DNA of 64,000 bases from Acinetobacter sp. (GCF_036666595.1 NZ_JAVWVO010000003.1:223879-287878), one strand, 5' to 3'. Shown: positions 28,649 through 39,071, counted from the first letter of the stretch. Numbers and translations are program-made. Notes: a model not told the origin generated them from the letters alone.

Positions 28649-31108
28649 TTAAGACTGATTCTTGCGGCGTCTTAGGCTGCTATACAAGGCCAAACTAATT
28701 AATCCTAAAGCAGACCACAGCCCTGTACTTCCCGCACTGGTTTTATCATCATCGTTAAGCACTGCATCGTTTAAGTCTAAATCCACAATCACAGGATCAT
28801 GGTCAGAAGAACGGTAAGCATCGTCCGCATAGAATGCAGCAATTTGCTCCTCCGTTTTATATTCTTCGTTATAGTCCAGTGCAGTTGGTTCATCCGCATT
28901 GATATGCCATGCAAATGCTTTTTTCACCAAAGGATAAAGTGCTGCATCAGCGATCGCATGATCTAAATTGCCTGCACCACCATAACCTTGAGTATTACTG
29001 GCTACGCCAAAGACATAGCTATAAGCACTTTTACCTTGACCAATTTTTTCATCATTCAACAGCACTTTATAGTTGGCTTGTTCAAGCGCCAGAATTGGAT
29101 CTTCTTTGGCATAACTGTTCAGATCACCCAACAGTAAGACATTCGGTTTACTCACCTGTGTTGGATTTTTCGCGACCCATTGCATTAACGCTTGTACCGC
29201 TTTAACGCGGGTTGGATTCCAGCAACCTTGACCATCGCCCTGATCTGCCTCTATCGAGGTTTTATCATCTGGACAGCTACCTTTAGACTTCAAATGGTTG
29301 GGAATAACTGTAAATGTCTTCCCGCCTGATAAGGCTTGAAAGGTTTGCGCCATCGTGACTCGGTTTTTCTGACTCTGGTCATCAAAGACTGCGGCGGCAT
29401 TGATTGGTTTGACCCGCTTGGCATTATAAATAATGGCAACAGCAATCGCATCGGTTCCAAGTTTGTCAGCATTCGGAGGCGTTACATATTTCCAGTCACC
29501 CCCCAAAGCTTGGGCTAAATAAGCAACTGCACTACGCTCACCATAACCATTGTTGGCAATTTCCATCAGACCATAAACATCTGCATCAATCGCTTTTAAT
29601 GCACTGACAATTTTCAGATGTTGCTTTTTAAACTCAGCCTCAGAACTTGCACCACGTTCCGTAGGAAAACCTTGCGCCAAACCATTGTCATAATTCAGTA
29701 CGTTAAATGCTGCCACACGAACTTGCTGTGTGGCCTTTGCTGGAACGCTTACACGTGGGTTTGTCGTGTCTAAGACTTGCGGCGCTGTTGCACCAAGCAC
29801 AGGTTGAATTCGCCATTGGTTATAACGGTATTCTAAAATGCCTTGTACATTTTGCAGTTGTGCGCCTGTACGTAGGGTGTTTTTAGCACTAAAGGTCGTT
29901 GGCAACCACGGTGTTCTGTTCTGATTATTATAGCCATCATCCAAAACAAGTTTAGACCGTAAATTTTGTTGTGCCAGTGCTTTGGCTTCGGTTGAATGAG
30001 CAGGATATAGATTGGTTGGGATATATAAACGCGCGGGGCTTAAAGCCAGTTCTCCAAAACGCCCATAGTTATAGTTTTCACTGACCGTGAGCGTTTGAGG
30101 AATATTGACCAACATACCCTGATAACGTTTTGGTGCATGACCTGACATTTCAGTCAAACTATCAAAAGGCAAATTGATCGCCATTGGTTTAACCCAATCA
30201 CTTGCCGAAGGATTACAGACATTAATATCACTGCTTAAATCTTGAAGCTGCAGTTGGTTTTGATAGGTTTTTAACTTGCCTTTGAAAATGACTTCCTGCC
30301 CGACTTGCCCACCTGTCACGCTACTTGAAGCGGGAACATAGACAAACACCGCATTACTGGTATTTGCAGTTGCCTGAGTATCTGGGGTTTGAACAAAGAA
30401 ACCTGAGAAACCATTGTTATAACGATAATCTGCCGTGATTACGCCTTTCACCACATATTCCGCATCTTGCGCTGCACTTTGCAATGTCGCAATTGGGGTA
30501 GCTGTCGTACTACAGCTCACGGTGTTCAATGGTGGTACCACTGTATTTCCAGCAAGATAACTGGAAAATGCATTTCGATCTGACCACTTTTCCCATGCCG
30601 ATGCCAAGTCAAATGGTGCGGTAACGTCTATCCCCGTACTAGAAACATTATTGCTTAATAAAGTGCGTTTAAAGCTATTTCCCTTTGCAACACCACCCCA
30701 TCCAGTGCTTGGGCGTTCACCCACTGTACCAAAGCGGTCAATCGCAATGCCATTATGATAAAGCACCAAAGTGTCGTCACCATTAAAAGCTAAGTTCGCC
30801 TGCTGTTGCACCGCATCGCCCAGAGCTTCTTTTAAAGCAGAATGCCCGACTAGATAATGCCCCTTTGCCGCTAATTGACCTGTCAAATTCACCGTCAAAT
30901 TTGCACTGGTCTCACCATTTGCGTATTGCTTGATCTGATATTCTGCCAAGTTGACCGTCGTCGGATCTGGATTATAAATTTCCAATCCTTTCTTATTTAA
31001 AGTTCCATCTACATACTGACTAAACAATAGCTGTGCATAGGCAGGAAAGGAACAACCTGCCAAAATCAGGCTCAGGCTTAATATCTGTGGCTTAAAATTT
31101 TTCATCAT
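28649..31108 (-). CDS. ExeM/NucH-family extracellular endonuclease (LTD plus endonuclease/exonuclease/phosphatase domains) with a GlyGly-CTERM-like tail
   Basis: Signal peptide containing LILAGC. LLFSQYVDG...GLEIYNP is an LTD-like start. The EEP domain begins VAAFNVLNY and ends SSDHDPV. C-terminus SAGSTGLWSALGLISLALYSSLRRRKNQS. Confidence 0.75.
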   Translation of the reverse strand: MMKNFKPQILSLSLILAGCSFPAYAQLLFSQYVDGTLNKKGLEIYNPDPTTVNLAEYQIKQYANGETSANLTVNLTGQLAAKGHYLVGHSALKEALGDAVQQQANLAFNGDDTLVLYHNGIAIDRFGTVGERPSTGWGGVAKGNSFKRTLLSNNVSSTGIDVTAPFDLASAWEKWSDRNAFSSYLAGNTVVPPLNTVSCSTTATPIATLQSAAQDAEYVVKGVITADYRYNNGFSGFFVQTPDTQATANTSNAVFVYVPASSSVTGGQVGQEVIFKGKLKTYQNQLQLQDLSSDINVCNPSASDWVKPMAINLPFDSLTEMSGHAPKRYQGMLVNIPQTLTVSENYNYGRFGELALSPARLYIPTNLYPAHSTEAKALAQQNLRSKLVLDDGYNNQNRTPWLPTTFSAKNTLRTGAQLQNVQGILEYRYNQWRIQPVLGATAPQVLDTTNPRVSVPAKATQQVRVAAFNVLNYDNGLAQGFPTERGASSEAEFKKQHLKIVSALKAIDADVYGLMEIANNGYGERSAVAYLAQALGGDWKYVTPPNADKLGTDAIAVAIIYNAKRVKPINAAAVFDDQSQKNRVTMAQTFQALSGGKTFTVIPNHLKSKGSCPDDKTSIEADQGDGQGCWNPTRVKAVQALMQWVAKNPTQVSKPNVLLLGDLNSYAKEDPILALEQANYKVLLNDEKIGQGKSAYSYVFGVASNTQGYGGAGNLDHAIADAALYPLVKKAFAWHINADEPTALDYNEEYKTEEQIAAFYADDAYRSSDHDPVIVDLDLNDAVLNDDDKTSAGSTGLWSALGLISLALYSSLRRRKNQS

Positions 31109-31297
31109 TTTTTATCAGTTGGTTAAATCAGCTGGCAGGTTAATTTTTATTCGTTACATCATGATTAATAAATGATGACAATTTCTAGGTTGCGCAAACA
31201 TGGTGGTGCTGAATTTAATAAATTCTGAGTAAAAAATTTGACTTGTCCTGCTCAGGACTTACAATACCGCTTTCGAATTTCTACATCTGCCAAAATT

Positions 31298-32014
31298 ATG
31301 ACGAATGATCAATTAGACCAGCAAGTCGTCGAGCTAGACAACTTAAATGAACACCGCGAAATTGTGACATTTATGCGTCGTTCATCTCCGCTGAACACCT
31401 CGCAACGCACTGCGCTTGAACAATATGGTCACATGATTTTGGAATATCCTGTAGGTGACCTACGTCAGCAGTTTGAGCATCCAGAGCGTCCGCTCACGGT
31501 TGAAATTGGCTTTGGTATGGGACGTTCATTGGTCTTGATGGCACAGGCCAACCCTGAACGTAACTATGTCGGGATTGAAGTGCATGTTCCGGGGATTGCG
31601 CAATGTGTGTATGAAGCTGGAATTGCAGGTTTAACCAATCTTCGTCTTTTAGATGCCGATGCCATTCAAGTATTACGTGAAATGCCAGATAACAGCATCA
31701 ACGCTGTGCAACTGTACTTCCCAGACCCATGGCAGAAAAAACGTCACTTCAAACGTCGTTTTGTGTCACATGACCGTATGCCACTGGTTGAGCAAAAGTT
31801 GGAAATGGGTGGCACATTCCACGCAGCGACAGACTGGGAACCGTATGCAGAATGGATGATTGATGTACTCGATAACCGTCCAAATCTTGAAAATATGGCA
31901 GGTAAAGGCAACAGCTACCCACGTCCAGACTGGCGTCCACAAACTAAATTTGAACGTCGTGGACTAGAAGAAGGTCATAAGATTAACGACTTCTTATTTA
32001 AGAAAATTAAATAA
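31298..32014 (+). CDS. trmB: tRNA (guanine46-N7)-methyltransferase
   Basis: VEIGFGMG, YFPDPWQKKRH, KRR motifs. I place the start at the ATG at 31298. Confidence 0.93.
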   Translation: MTNDQLDQQVVELDNLNEHREIVTFMRRSSPLNTSQRTALEQYGHMILEYPVGDLRQQFEHPERPLTVEIGFGMGRSLVLMAQANPERNYVGIEVHVPGIAQCVYEAGIAGLTNLRLLDADAIQVLREMPDNSINAVQLYFPDPWQKKRHFKRRFVSHDRMPLVEQKLEMGGTFHAATDWEPYAEWMIDVLDNRPNLENMAGKGNSYPRPDWRPQTKFERRGLEEGHKINDFLFKKIK

Positions 32015-32028
32015 ATTTTAGATCTCAT

Positions 32029-32057
32029 AAAAATAGGGCCTAGTGCCCTATTTTTAT
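32029..32057. terminator. Bidirectional intrinsic terminator
   Basis: aaaaatagggc-ctagt-gccctattttt. Confidence 0.75.
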
Positions 32058-32067
32058 GTCCGATGTT

Positions 32068-32853
32068 TTAAAACACATGCCTAATTTCAACCGTTGGATC
32101 ATATTCATCCAAACGTTTTGCCAAAATATGTAAACGTCGTGTGGGCACTGCGGGAAACAAATGATGTTCTACATGATAAAACATGTTGTAGGTCACGACC
32201 CGTTTAAACTCATTACGCACTGTACGCGCCATATACACATGATCTTCCGTATCATGATGCACCGTCCATACCGCAAAAAATGCTGTCATACATTGTCCAA
32301 TCAACATGGCACTGACATGGTATTTTAAAATACTAATATCCAAGATCACAAAAACCAAAAACAATACAATGACGTTGGCAACCAGTTCAGCAGACATCCA
32401 TTTTTTCTGGGTTTTAGTCCCAACCTCAAAGGCTTTTTTATGCAACATCCATGGAAAAACAGGGCCAAAAAGTAAGGCTTGCCACCACTTCATGATTGCA
32501 CTTTTCGCTTCAATATCCTCTTCTTGCATACAGTGATGATGGTGTCGGAGGTGATTAATTTGTACCGCATGCATCGAACCGAGCATGACGATGCTCAAAA
32601 CAAACATAACCCAATGGGTCGCAGTTCGGCTAATGCCTAAGGCAAAATGAAAAGCGTTATGCACCTGCCTGAGCCCTGTTAAGAAAAACATAAACGAGCA
32701 AAACAGCGCCAAGACATACCACTGTAAACCTGCAAAAATGAAAGAGACAATCAACCATGGCAAAGAGATAAATAATTCACTGATCACATCGGTACGGCCT
32801 AAATGAACGAGATCTTTCCACTGCACTTGTTCTAATAATGAATGTGAACGCAT
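32068..32853 (-). CDS. Membrane fatty-acid desaturase family protein
   Basis: Three histidine boxes: HNAFH, HLRHHH, HVEHH. Four or more TM helices. 261 aa. Confidence 0.7.
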   Translation of the reverse strand: MRSHSLLEQVQWKDLVHLGRTDVISELFISLPWLIVSFIFAGLQWYVLALFCSFMFFLTGLRQVHNAFHFALGISRTATHWVMFVLSIVMLGSMHAVQINHLRHHHHCMQEEDIEAKSAIMKWWQALLFGPVFPWMLHKKAFEVGTKTQKKWMSAELVANVIVLFLVFVILDISILKYHVSAMLIGQCMTAFFAVWTVHHDTEDHVYMARTVRNEFKRVVTYNMFYHVEHHLFPAVPTRRLHILAKRLDEYDPTVEIRHVF

Positions 32854-32910
32854 ATACCCTCTATTTGTTTGTATTTATTTTAAGCAACACTGTACCGAAT
32901 CTTAGGGCAT

Positions 32911-32938
32911 AAAAAAAGCCACGTTTTCAGTGGCTTTG
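32911..32938 (-). terminator. Intrinsic terminator after the DUF2520 gene
   Basis: On the minus strand: agccac-tgaaaac-gtggct followed by ttttttt. Confidence 0.7.
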
Positions 32939-32980
32939 CTTGTTCTTTGTGACTCACTTCTTCGTTTATTATATTGAATG

Positions 32981-33760
32981 TCAACTGTGACGTTGACTGA
33001 TCTGCTGACTCATTAAGGCATATACGTCAGCAAGATCCGCTCGTTGATCTTGCGCAAGCATCTGTTGATGCATCTGTAGAATATTCTGATCCTGACGCAT
33101 CGCAGGACCAGTTTGCATCTGCTTCGGGTCATTCTGTGTAGCTTTCTGTGCGGTTTCTAAGATCAATGGTTGTAGCAGATTAAAATCGACCTGCTCTGCA
33201 TCCACCACTTGTTTCGCCATGTCAAAACAATAATTACTAAAATTACAGGCAAAAACGGCCGCTAAATGCAAACTTAGACGCTGCACAGAGCTATAGCTAT
33301 ACACGCGTTGGCTCAGGCTTTCTGCAAGTGTATGTAGTCTTTGAAGATCCGTATTTTCAGTGGCTTCTACAAACAACGGTGTATTTGACCAATCAATATC
33401 ACGTTCCAAGCTAAAGGTCTGCAAGGGATAAAAAACCCCTGCACGTGCGTGCCGTGTAGACAAAACTGAAAGCGCTGTACTCCCCGAAGTATGTACAATC
33501 AACACATTCGGCATATATTCAGTCAAGGCCGAAATTACACTCGGAATAGACTGATCACTTACCGCAATAATCACCAAATCAACATCAGCATTTAACTGGT
33601 TAAAATGACTGACCGCCTTTGCATGTACGACTTGTGCCAAATCTGTAGCTTTGTCGAAGCTTCGGCTATAAATATTGACGATTTCATGCTGAGACATCAG
33701 GGCTTTGGCCAAATGATGAGCCACCCGCCCCGCTCCAATTAAACTGATCCGCATCTTCAT
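32981..33760 (-). CDS. Rossmann-fold NAD(P)-binding, DUF2520-type oxidoreductase-like protein
   Basis: ISLIGAGRVAHHLAKAL dinucleotide-binding motif. The overall pattern resembles DUF2520 / ProC-like proteins. Confidence 0.55.
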   Translation of the reverse strand: MKMRISLIGAGRVAHHLAKALMSQHEIVNIYSRSFDKATDLAQVVHAKAVSHFNQLNADVDLVIIAVSDQSIPSVISALTEYMPNVLIVHTSGSTALSVLSTRHARAGVFYPLQTFSLERDIDWSNTPLFVEATENTDLQRLHTLAESLSQRVYSYSSVQRLSLHLAAVFACNFSNYCFDMAKQVVDAEQVDFNLLQPLILETAQKATQNDPKQMQTGPAMRQDQNILQMHQQMLAQDQRADLADVYALMSQQISQRHS

Positions 33761-33793
33761 TTCACTATTTTAAAGTACCTACAGCATGCCAAT

Positions 33794-33826
33794 AAAAAAA
33801 GGATGAAGCAATTCATCCTTTTTTAT
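33794..33826 (-). terminator. Intrinsic terminator, bidirectional in shape
   Basis: aaaaaaaggatgaa-gcaa-ttcatccttttttatt. Confidence 0.8.
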
Positions 33827-33844
33827 TAAATTGACACTGACCCA

Positions 33845-34642
33845 CTAAAACTTACGAAGAGTCAAAATCTGTTCACTACGGCCAAATGGCCCTTGTTCAT
33901 CGTGCAAAACCGCACTGGTTAAACCGATACCATCATCACCATATTGCTGAGTCGCTTCCAAACCTAACCATTTCCCTTGGGGTAAACGGTATAAATGCAG
34001 TTGTAGGTCTAAATTGGGAAAGCCCCATCCAGATGCTGGATTTTGACGTGGGACAATACCGTTGGCTGTATCCACCATACCCAATAAGCGCACAAAACTT
34101 GATGTTTCCTGAGCTTCCACCATGTCCAAATCATTATGTAACCAGACAATGCCTTTACCAGCACGGTGCCCTTCTGCCGCACGTGTCTCAATACTCTGGA
34201 TATAACCACCCGGCCAACATTTCATCCCATCCCATACTGGCAATGTTTCAGGATGTATAATTGATTGATCTTCTAGCCCTGCAATTACACTGGTATCTTG
34301 CTTCATCATTTTCCAAGCACGAGCCACAATACAGGTCTTCCCGTTTGCCTGCATTTCCGCCTCGATCAGTTCAATGGTTTTTCCAGCACGAATGACACGG
34401 GTATGCACCGTAAACTCACCAAAAGCGATCAGTCCAAAAATATCTAAACTCACACGTCCAATACGCATCTCATCGCGTGGTTGAAACTGCTCTAACTCCG
34501 CACACAAAACCCCTGTTGCTGGCGCCATGTGCTGTTCATGCGGGTTCCATGCACCTTGTGCATGAATATTGGAAAGATAAGACGCCGTACAGCTCCCATC
34601 ACTGTGCTGTTCACGATTTAAAAGTTGATAATAGGCTGCCAT
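33845..34642 (-). CDS. Thioesterase-like (double hot-dog, TesB-related) family protein
   Basis: 265 aa. The size and sequence pattern recall the acyl-CoA thioesterase-like superfamily. The assignment is by resemblance only. Confidence 0.45.
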   Translation of the reverse strand: MAAYYQLLNREQHSDGSCTASYLSNIHAQGAWNPHEQHMAPATGVLCAELEQFQPRDEMRIGRVSLDIFGLIAFGEFTVHTRVIRAGKTIELIEAEMQANGKTCIVARAWKMMKQDTSVIAGLEDQSIIHPETLPVWDGMKCWPGGYIQSIETRAAEGHRAGKGIVWLHNDLDMVEAQETSSFVRLLGMVDTANGIVPRQNPASGWGFPNLDLQLHLYRLPQGKWLGLEATQQYGDDGIGLTSAVLHDEQGPFGRSEQILTLRKF

Positions 34643-34695
34643 GTGTATTCCTTCATTCTTATCCTTAAAATGTATCTTTTTACTGCCATTGGTTT

Positions 34696-35370
34696 TTACT
34701 TTTGTGCAAAAAAACCATAATAATTCAACAGTTGACTATAAGTTCGTACTTCATGAAATCCAACTTTAGTCAGAAGCTCTTGCATCTGGCTGGCAGATAT
34801 CAAATAAAAATCTTGTTGCAGGCGCTCAATCATTTTTTCACTCTGTACCACCGTCAAACCATTGCTCTGACATAAGGTTTGTAGAACCTTGAGTTCAGTG
34901 TCATCACTAGAGTTCATCAGATCATAGCTCAGTAAAATAGCTTGTGTTTTAAGACAGCGTAAAATGTCGGCAAAGAAGAATGACTTTGCTTCAAGTGGAA
35001 TAAAATGCGCCACCAATATGGCTAAAGCGGCATCAAACTGTGCACTTTCCTGTAATGCCGTCGTATCACCATGAACAAAGTGAACCCGCGTTAAATCACT
35101 ATGGGTCTCGCTCAATAACTGCTGCGCTTTTTCAATCATGGTCAAAGACGGGTCGACAGCGGTAAAACGCCACGTCGGATGCTGCGCCAACAAATATGAA
35201 AGCTCATAACCTGTACCACATCCCACAATCAATACGTGCGCATATTCTGGTAAATGTGTTTTTAAAATGGCTTGAATTTGCAGATGAACCAACTCATATC
35301 CTGGAATGAGCTTACGAATATGTTGATCATAACCATCTACTACAGTTTGACTCTGAAAGTCTTTCGCCAT
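34696..35370 (-). CDS. Class I SAM-dependent methyltransferase
   Basis: SAM motif I VLIVGCGTGYE, post-I D (TAVDPS). N-terminal YDQHIRKLIPGYE is typical of a small-molecule/CmoA-like MTase subfamily. Start at the ATG at 35370 or the GTG at 35382. Confidence 0.7.
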   Translation of the reverse strand: MAKDFQSQTVVDGYDQHIRKLIPGYELVHLQIQAILKTHLPEYAHVLIVGCGTGYELSYLLAQHPTWRFTAVDPSLTMIEKAQQLLSETHSDLTRVHFVHGDTTALQESAQFDAALAILVAHFIPLEAKSFFFADILRCLKTQAILLSYDLMNSSDDTELKVLQTLCQSNGLTVVQSEKMIERLQQDFYLISASQMQELLTKVGFHEVRTYSQLLNYYGFFAQK

Positions 35371-35440
35371 TTTATTGTTCACTCATCTACTTTTAATCGT
35401 CGCCCTAAATCTACACGTTCATGACCGCATGTTCTAGCAT

Positions 35441-36433
35441 TTAAGCCACAGCCATAGCATCGACTGTTAACTCAGCAAGTTGCGGTTTGGCTTTTTCTGC
35501 ATGTAGCCCCAGTTTGTGAAAGAGTTGTTGATCCTTGCCTTGTGCTGTATTTGGCGTAGTCAGCAATTTTTCACCAGAAAACAGTGAGTTTGCACCGGCC
35601 ATAAAAGCCAAAGCTTGGTCGGTATCGGACAACGATTCACGTCCTGCGGACAGACGAATATAGCTTTTCGGCATAATGATGCGCGCTACTGCAATAGTGC
35701 GAATCCACTCGGTCACATCTAACTTTTCAACTTCTGCCAAAGGCGTACCTTGCATTGGAACCAACATGTTGATCGGCACAGATTCGGGATGTATCGGTAA
35801 GGTCGCCAATTCAAACAGCAATCCAATTCGATCTTTGGTCTCTTCACCTAGGCCAACAATACCGCCACTACACACTTTTAAACCTGCCTCTCGAACATGA
35901 CTTAAGGTATCTAGACGGTCGTCAAAACTACGGGTACTAATCACATTTGGATAGTACTCACGCGAAGTGTCTAAGTTATGGTTGTAATAATCGAGTCCTG
36001 CACCTTTTAAACGTTCGGCTTGTGAAGCATTTAACATACCTAAAGTCATACAAGTTTCTAAACCCAATGCTTTCACTTCACGCACCATATCCAAGACATA
36101 AGGCATATCGCGCTCATGCGGATTTCGCCATGCCGCGCCCATACAAAACCGTGTAGAACCAGAGGCCTTCGCCTGCTGTGCTTCACTAATGACCTTTTCA
36201 ACCGCAATTCTTTTTTCAGCTTCGAGCTTTGAGTCATAACGCGCAGACTGTGAACAGTATTTGCAGTCTTCAGGGCATTTGCCTGTTTTGATCGATAGTA
36301 AAGTACTGACTTGAATCGCATTCGCTTCAAAGTACTGACGATGAATTTTCTGTGCTTGAAAGACTAAATCTAAAAAAGGCTGTTGGTAGAGTGCTTGTAT
36401 TTCAGCGCGAGTCCAATCATTTCTCAGGTGCAT
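35441..36433 (-). CDS. bioB: Biotin synthase
   Basis: Radical-SAM [11 protein letters not shown], 330 aa, typical BioB layout. Confidence 0.95.
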   Translation of the reverse strand: MHLRNDWTRAEIQALYQQPFLDLVFQAQKIHRQYFEANAIQVSTLLSIKTGKCPEDCKYCSQSARYDSKLEAEKRIAVEKVISEAQQAKASGSTRFCMGAAWRNPHERDMPYVLDMVREVKALGLETCMTLGMLNASQAERLKGAGLDYYNHNLDTSREYYPNVISTRSFDDRLDTLSHVREAGLKVCSGGIVGLGEETKDRIGLLFELATLPIHPESVPINMLVPMQGTPLAEVEKLDVTEWIRTIAVARIIMPKSYIRLSAGRESLSDTDQALAFMAGANSLFSGEKLLTTPNTAQGKDQQLFHKLGLHAEKAKPQLAELTVDAMAVA

Positions 36434-36507
36434 ATGCTATTCCTTTTGCTTTTCACTTCGGACTTTCCTTTGGCTTCAACCCAGCAAAAGAAAGTCCGTC
36501 TTCAACC

Positions 36508-38196
36508 TTATGCGATTTCTTTCAAATCCAGTTCATTACGCATAAATTCCTGCAATTTAAACTTCTGCGCTTTGCCCGAAGCCGTCATTGGGAACTCATT
36601 AAAAAACCGTACATAACGCGGAACTTTATTGTGTGAAATGTGTTCCGCACAGTACTGACGGATCGACTCTTCAGTAATTTCATGATGCTCATGTAAAATA
36701 ATACATGCGCACAACTCTTCACCATAACGTGCATCTGGCAGACCAATGACTTGGACATCGCTGACATCAGGATGGGTATATAAAAAGTCTTCGATTTCTT
36801 TCGGGAATAAGTTTTCCCCGCCACGAATGACGACATCCTTAATCCGGCCTTTAATTTTCACAAAACCAGCTTCATCCATTTCTGCGATGTCACCTGTATG
36901 CATCCAGCGTGCCGAATCAATCACTTCTTGTGATTTTTCATGGTCTTCCCAATACCCCAACATCACCGAATAGCCGCGAACACACAGTTCACCCAACTGA
37001 CCACGTGGTACGACTTTGCCTTGTTCATCTACAATTTTAATTTCAAGATGTGGATGGACGCGCCCCACGGTTCCGACCCGTTGTTCAACTGAATCCGAGG
37101 TTGAACTTTGTGCACTGACAGGTGCCGTTTCAGTCATACCATAGCAAATGGTAATTTCGGACATATGCATCCGATCAATAACACGTTGCATAATTTCACG
37201 TGGACAAGGACTGCCCGCCATAATGCCTGTACGTAAACTGGAAAGATCAAAATCATCGAACTGTTCATGCTCTAAAATAGCAATGAACATGGTCGGTACA
37301 CCGTATGCAGCCGTACATTTTTCTTGCTGAATGGCTTTTAAAGTTTCTAAAGGATTAAACACCGCCGATGGATAGACCATGGTTGAACCATGCGTAATGC
37401 AGGCCAAATTACCCATCACCATACCGAAACAGTGAAAGAGTGGTACAGAAATACAAACACGATCAGCAGGACTTAAGTGAATGGCTTCACCAACAAAATA
37501 ACCATTATTGAGAATATTATTATGCGTCAGCATTGTGCCTTTCGGGTTACCTGTGGTGCCCGAAGTAAACTGGATATTGATGGTTTCATCAAACTGCGAT
37601 TCGCTTGCAACGAGCTCTAATTGATTGAGCTGTCTCTTGCTGGGGGGAGTAAGCAAATCGCTAAAACGATGTAAACCCGTATGTTCTTCTTCATCAATTT
37701 TAATAATATATTTCAAATGCGGCAGTCTTTCTGCCTTTAATACTTTATTTTCAGCACCTTTAATTTCAGGTGCAATTTTCATTAGAATATCTTGATAATT
37801 CGTGCTTTTAAATTGCGATGCAATGACCAAGCCCTTACAAGAGACTTTATTCAACACATATTCGAGCTCATTACTTTTATAGGCAGGGTTCAAGTTGACT
37901 AAAATGATGCCCGCTTTAAAAGCAGCAAACTGGGTAATCGTCCATTCCACACAGTTCGGTGACCAAATCGCAAGTCGATCGCCTTTTTTCAAGCCCAGTT
38001 TTAGTAAACTACAGGCAAACGCATTGACCTGAGCTTGTAATTCCTTATACGTGAGTCTGACATTTTGATGCAGACTGACAACAGCATCTTGTTCCGCATA
38101 CTGCTGACACGCCTGATCAAATTTCTCACCAATCGTCATTCCTAATAGAGGCTGACTGCTCGTTCCATAGGCATAACTTAACCGTTCTTGTGTCAT
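36508..38196 (-). CDS. AMP-dependent acyl-CoA synthetase/ligase
   Basis: AMP-binding signature FTSGTTGNPKG, YGMTE, GD......G....GR.KD. 562 aa. Downstream of the TetR regulator of the liu cluster. Confidence 0.88.
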   Translation of the reverse strand: MTQERLSYAYGTSSQPLLGMTIGEKFDQACQQYAEQDAVVSLHQNVRLTYKELQAQVNAFACSLLKLGLKKGDRLAIWSPNCVEWTITQFAAFKAGIILVNLNPAYKSNELEYVLNKVSCKGLVIASQFKSTNYQDILMKIAPEIKGAENKVLKAERLPHLKYIIKIDEEEHTGLHRFSDLLTPPSKRQLNQLELVASESQFDETINIQFTSGTTGNPKGTMLTHNNILNNGYFVGEAIHLSPADRVCISVPLFHCFGMVMGNLACITHGSTMVYPSAVFNPLETLKAIQQEKCTAAYGVPTMFIAILEHEQFDDFDLSSLRTGIMAGSPCPREIMQRVIDRMHMSEITICYGMTETAPVSAQSSTSDSVEQRVGTVGRVHPHLEIKIVDEQGKVVPRGQLGELCVRGYSVMLGYWEDHEKSQEVIDSARWMHTGDIAEMDEAGFVKIKGRIKDVVIRGGENLFPKEIEDFLYTHPDVSDVQVIGLPDARYGEELCACIILHEHHEITEESIRQYCAEHISHNKVPRYVRFFNEFPMTASGKAQKFKLQEFMRNELDLKEIA

Positions 38197-38296
38197 CGAA
38201 TCGATCTCCTTGATTCATTGTAATCTTGTTATTCAACTTTAATTGTTCTATGACTACTTCCCTTCAAACACCAAGCCTTTGTGTTCACACCTGCTA

Positions 38297-38923
38297 CTAT
38301 TTTTCCTCCTGAACCTGAACTGCATTGACACAAAATTCGGCAATTTGTTTCACAAAGTAGTCTTTATAGTTTTGATCAAACATCACATTTCGAGACGGAT
38401 TTAAAGGCTCAATCACCACAAAAGTCATGGCACCGACCACACAAAGTGCTGCGGTATTTAAATCTTCAAATCCAAACTCACCGTTAATTTTCCCTGCGGC
38501 CAGTATTTCTTTGATGCTCTGTTTAATCAGCTGTTTACTGCGAAAACGTTCATGTTCTAACTCAGCATCGACTGGTTCAAACATGAGTGAATACGCAAGT
38601 TGGGGGCTATTCATGGCACGTTTCACAAACGTGGTTACCGCCTTGTCCAATTTCTGTTTTGACGTAAGCTCACTTTCAGCAATGTGATTTAAAATTTTCA
38701 CCTCATGCTGAATGGCCTCAGACAAAACCTCAATTAACACTTGGCTTTTGTTATCGAAGTATCGATACACCAAACCACTAGATACACCCGCGCGTTCAGC
38801 TATTGCTTGAATTTGCGCGTCTTTAATCCCCCCTTGAGCAATAAGTTCACGAGCGGATTGCAAAATCGCTTCACGATTTTGTTCCATTCGTTCTTGCATC
38901 AATGATGATCTTTTATAACTCAT
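38297..38923 (-). CDS. TetR-family transcriptional regulator, probable regulator of the liu cluster
   Basis: N-terminal HTH: REAILQSARELIAQGGIKDAQIQAIAERAGVSSGLVYRYFDNK. Divergent from liuA. I place the start at the ATG at 38923. Confidence 0.8.
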   Translation of the reverse strand: MSYKRSSLMQERMEQNREAILQSARELIAQGGIKDAQIQAIAERAGVSSGLVYRYFDNKSQVLIEVLSEAIQHEVKILNHIAESELTSKQKLDKAVTTFVKRAMNSPQLAYSLMFEPVDAELEHERFRSKQLIKQSIKEILAAGKINGEFGFEDLNTAALCVVGAMTFVVIEPLNPSRNVMFDQNYKDYFVKQIAEFCVNAVQVQEEK

Positions 38924-39071
38924 AATTCTATTCTCAACCAGATAAAATGAATTGTAAATCAATTTGTGAATTTTAGTTCACTTTTTTGAAAATTCGATGT
39001 ATTGTAAAAATCAAGCACAACAAAAATGCTTTATCAGGAACAATAAATACACTCATAGGACGAATGAAGAA

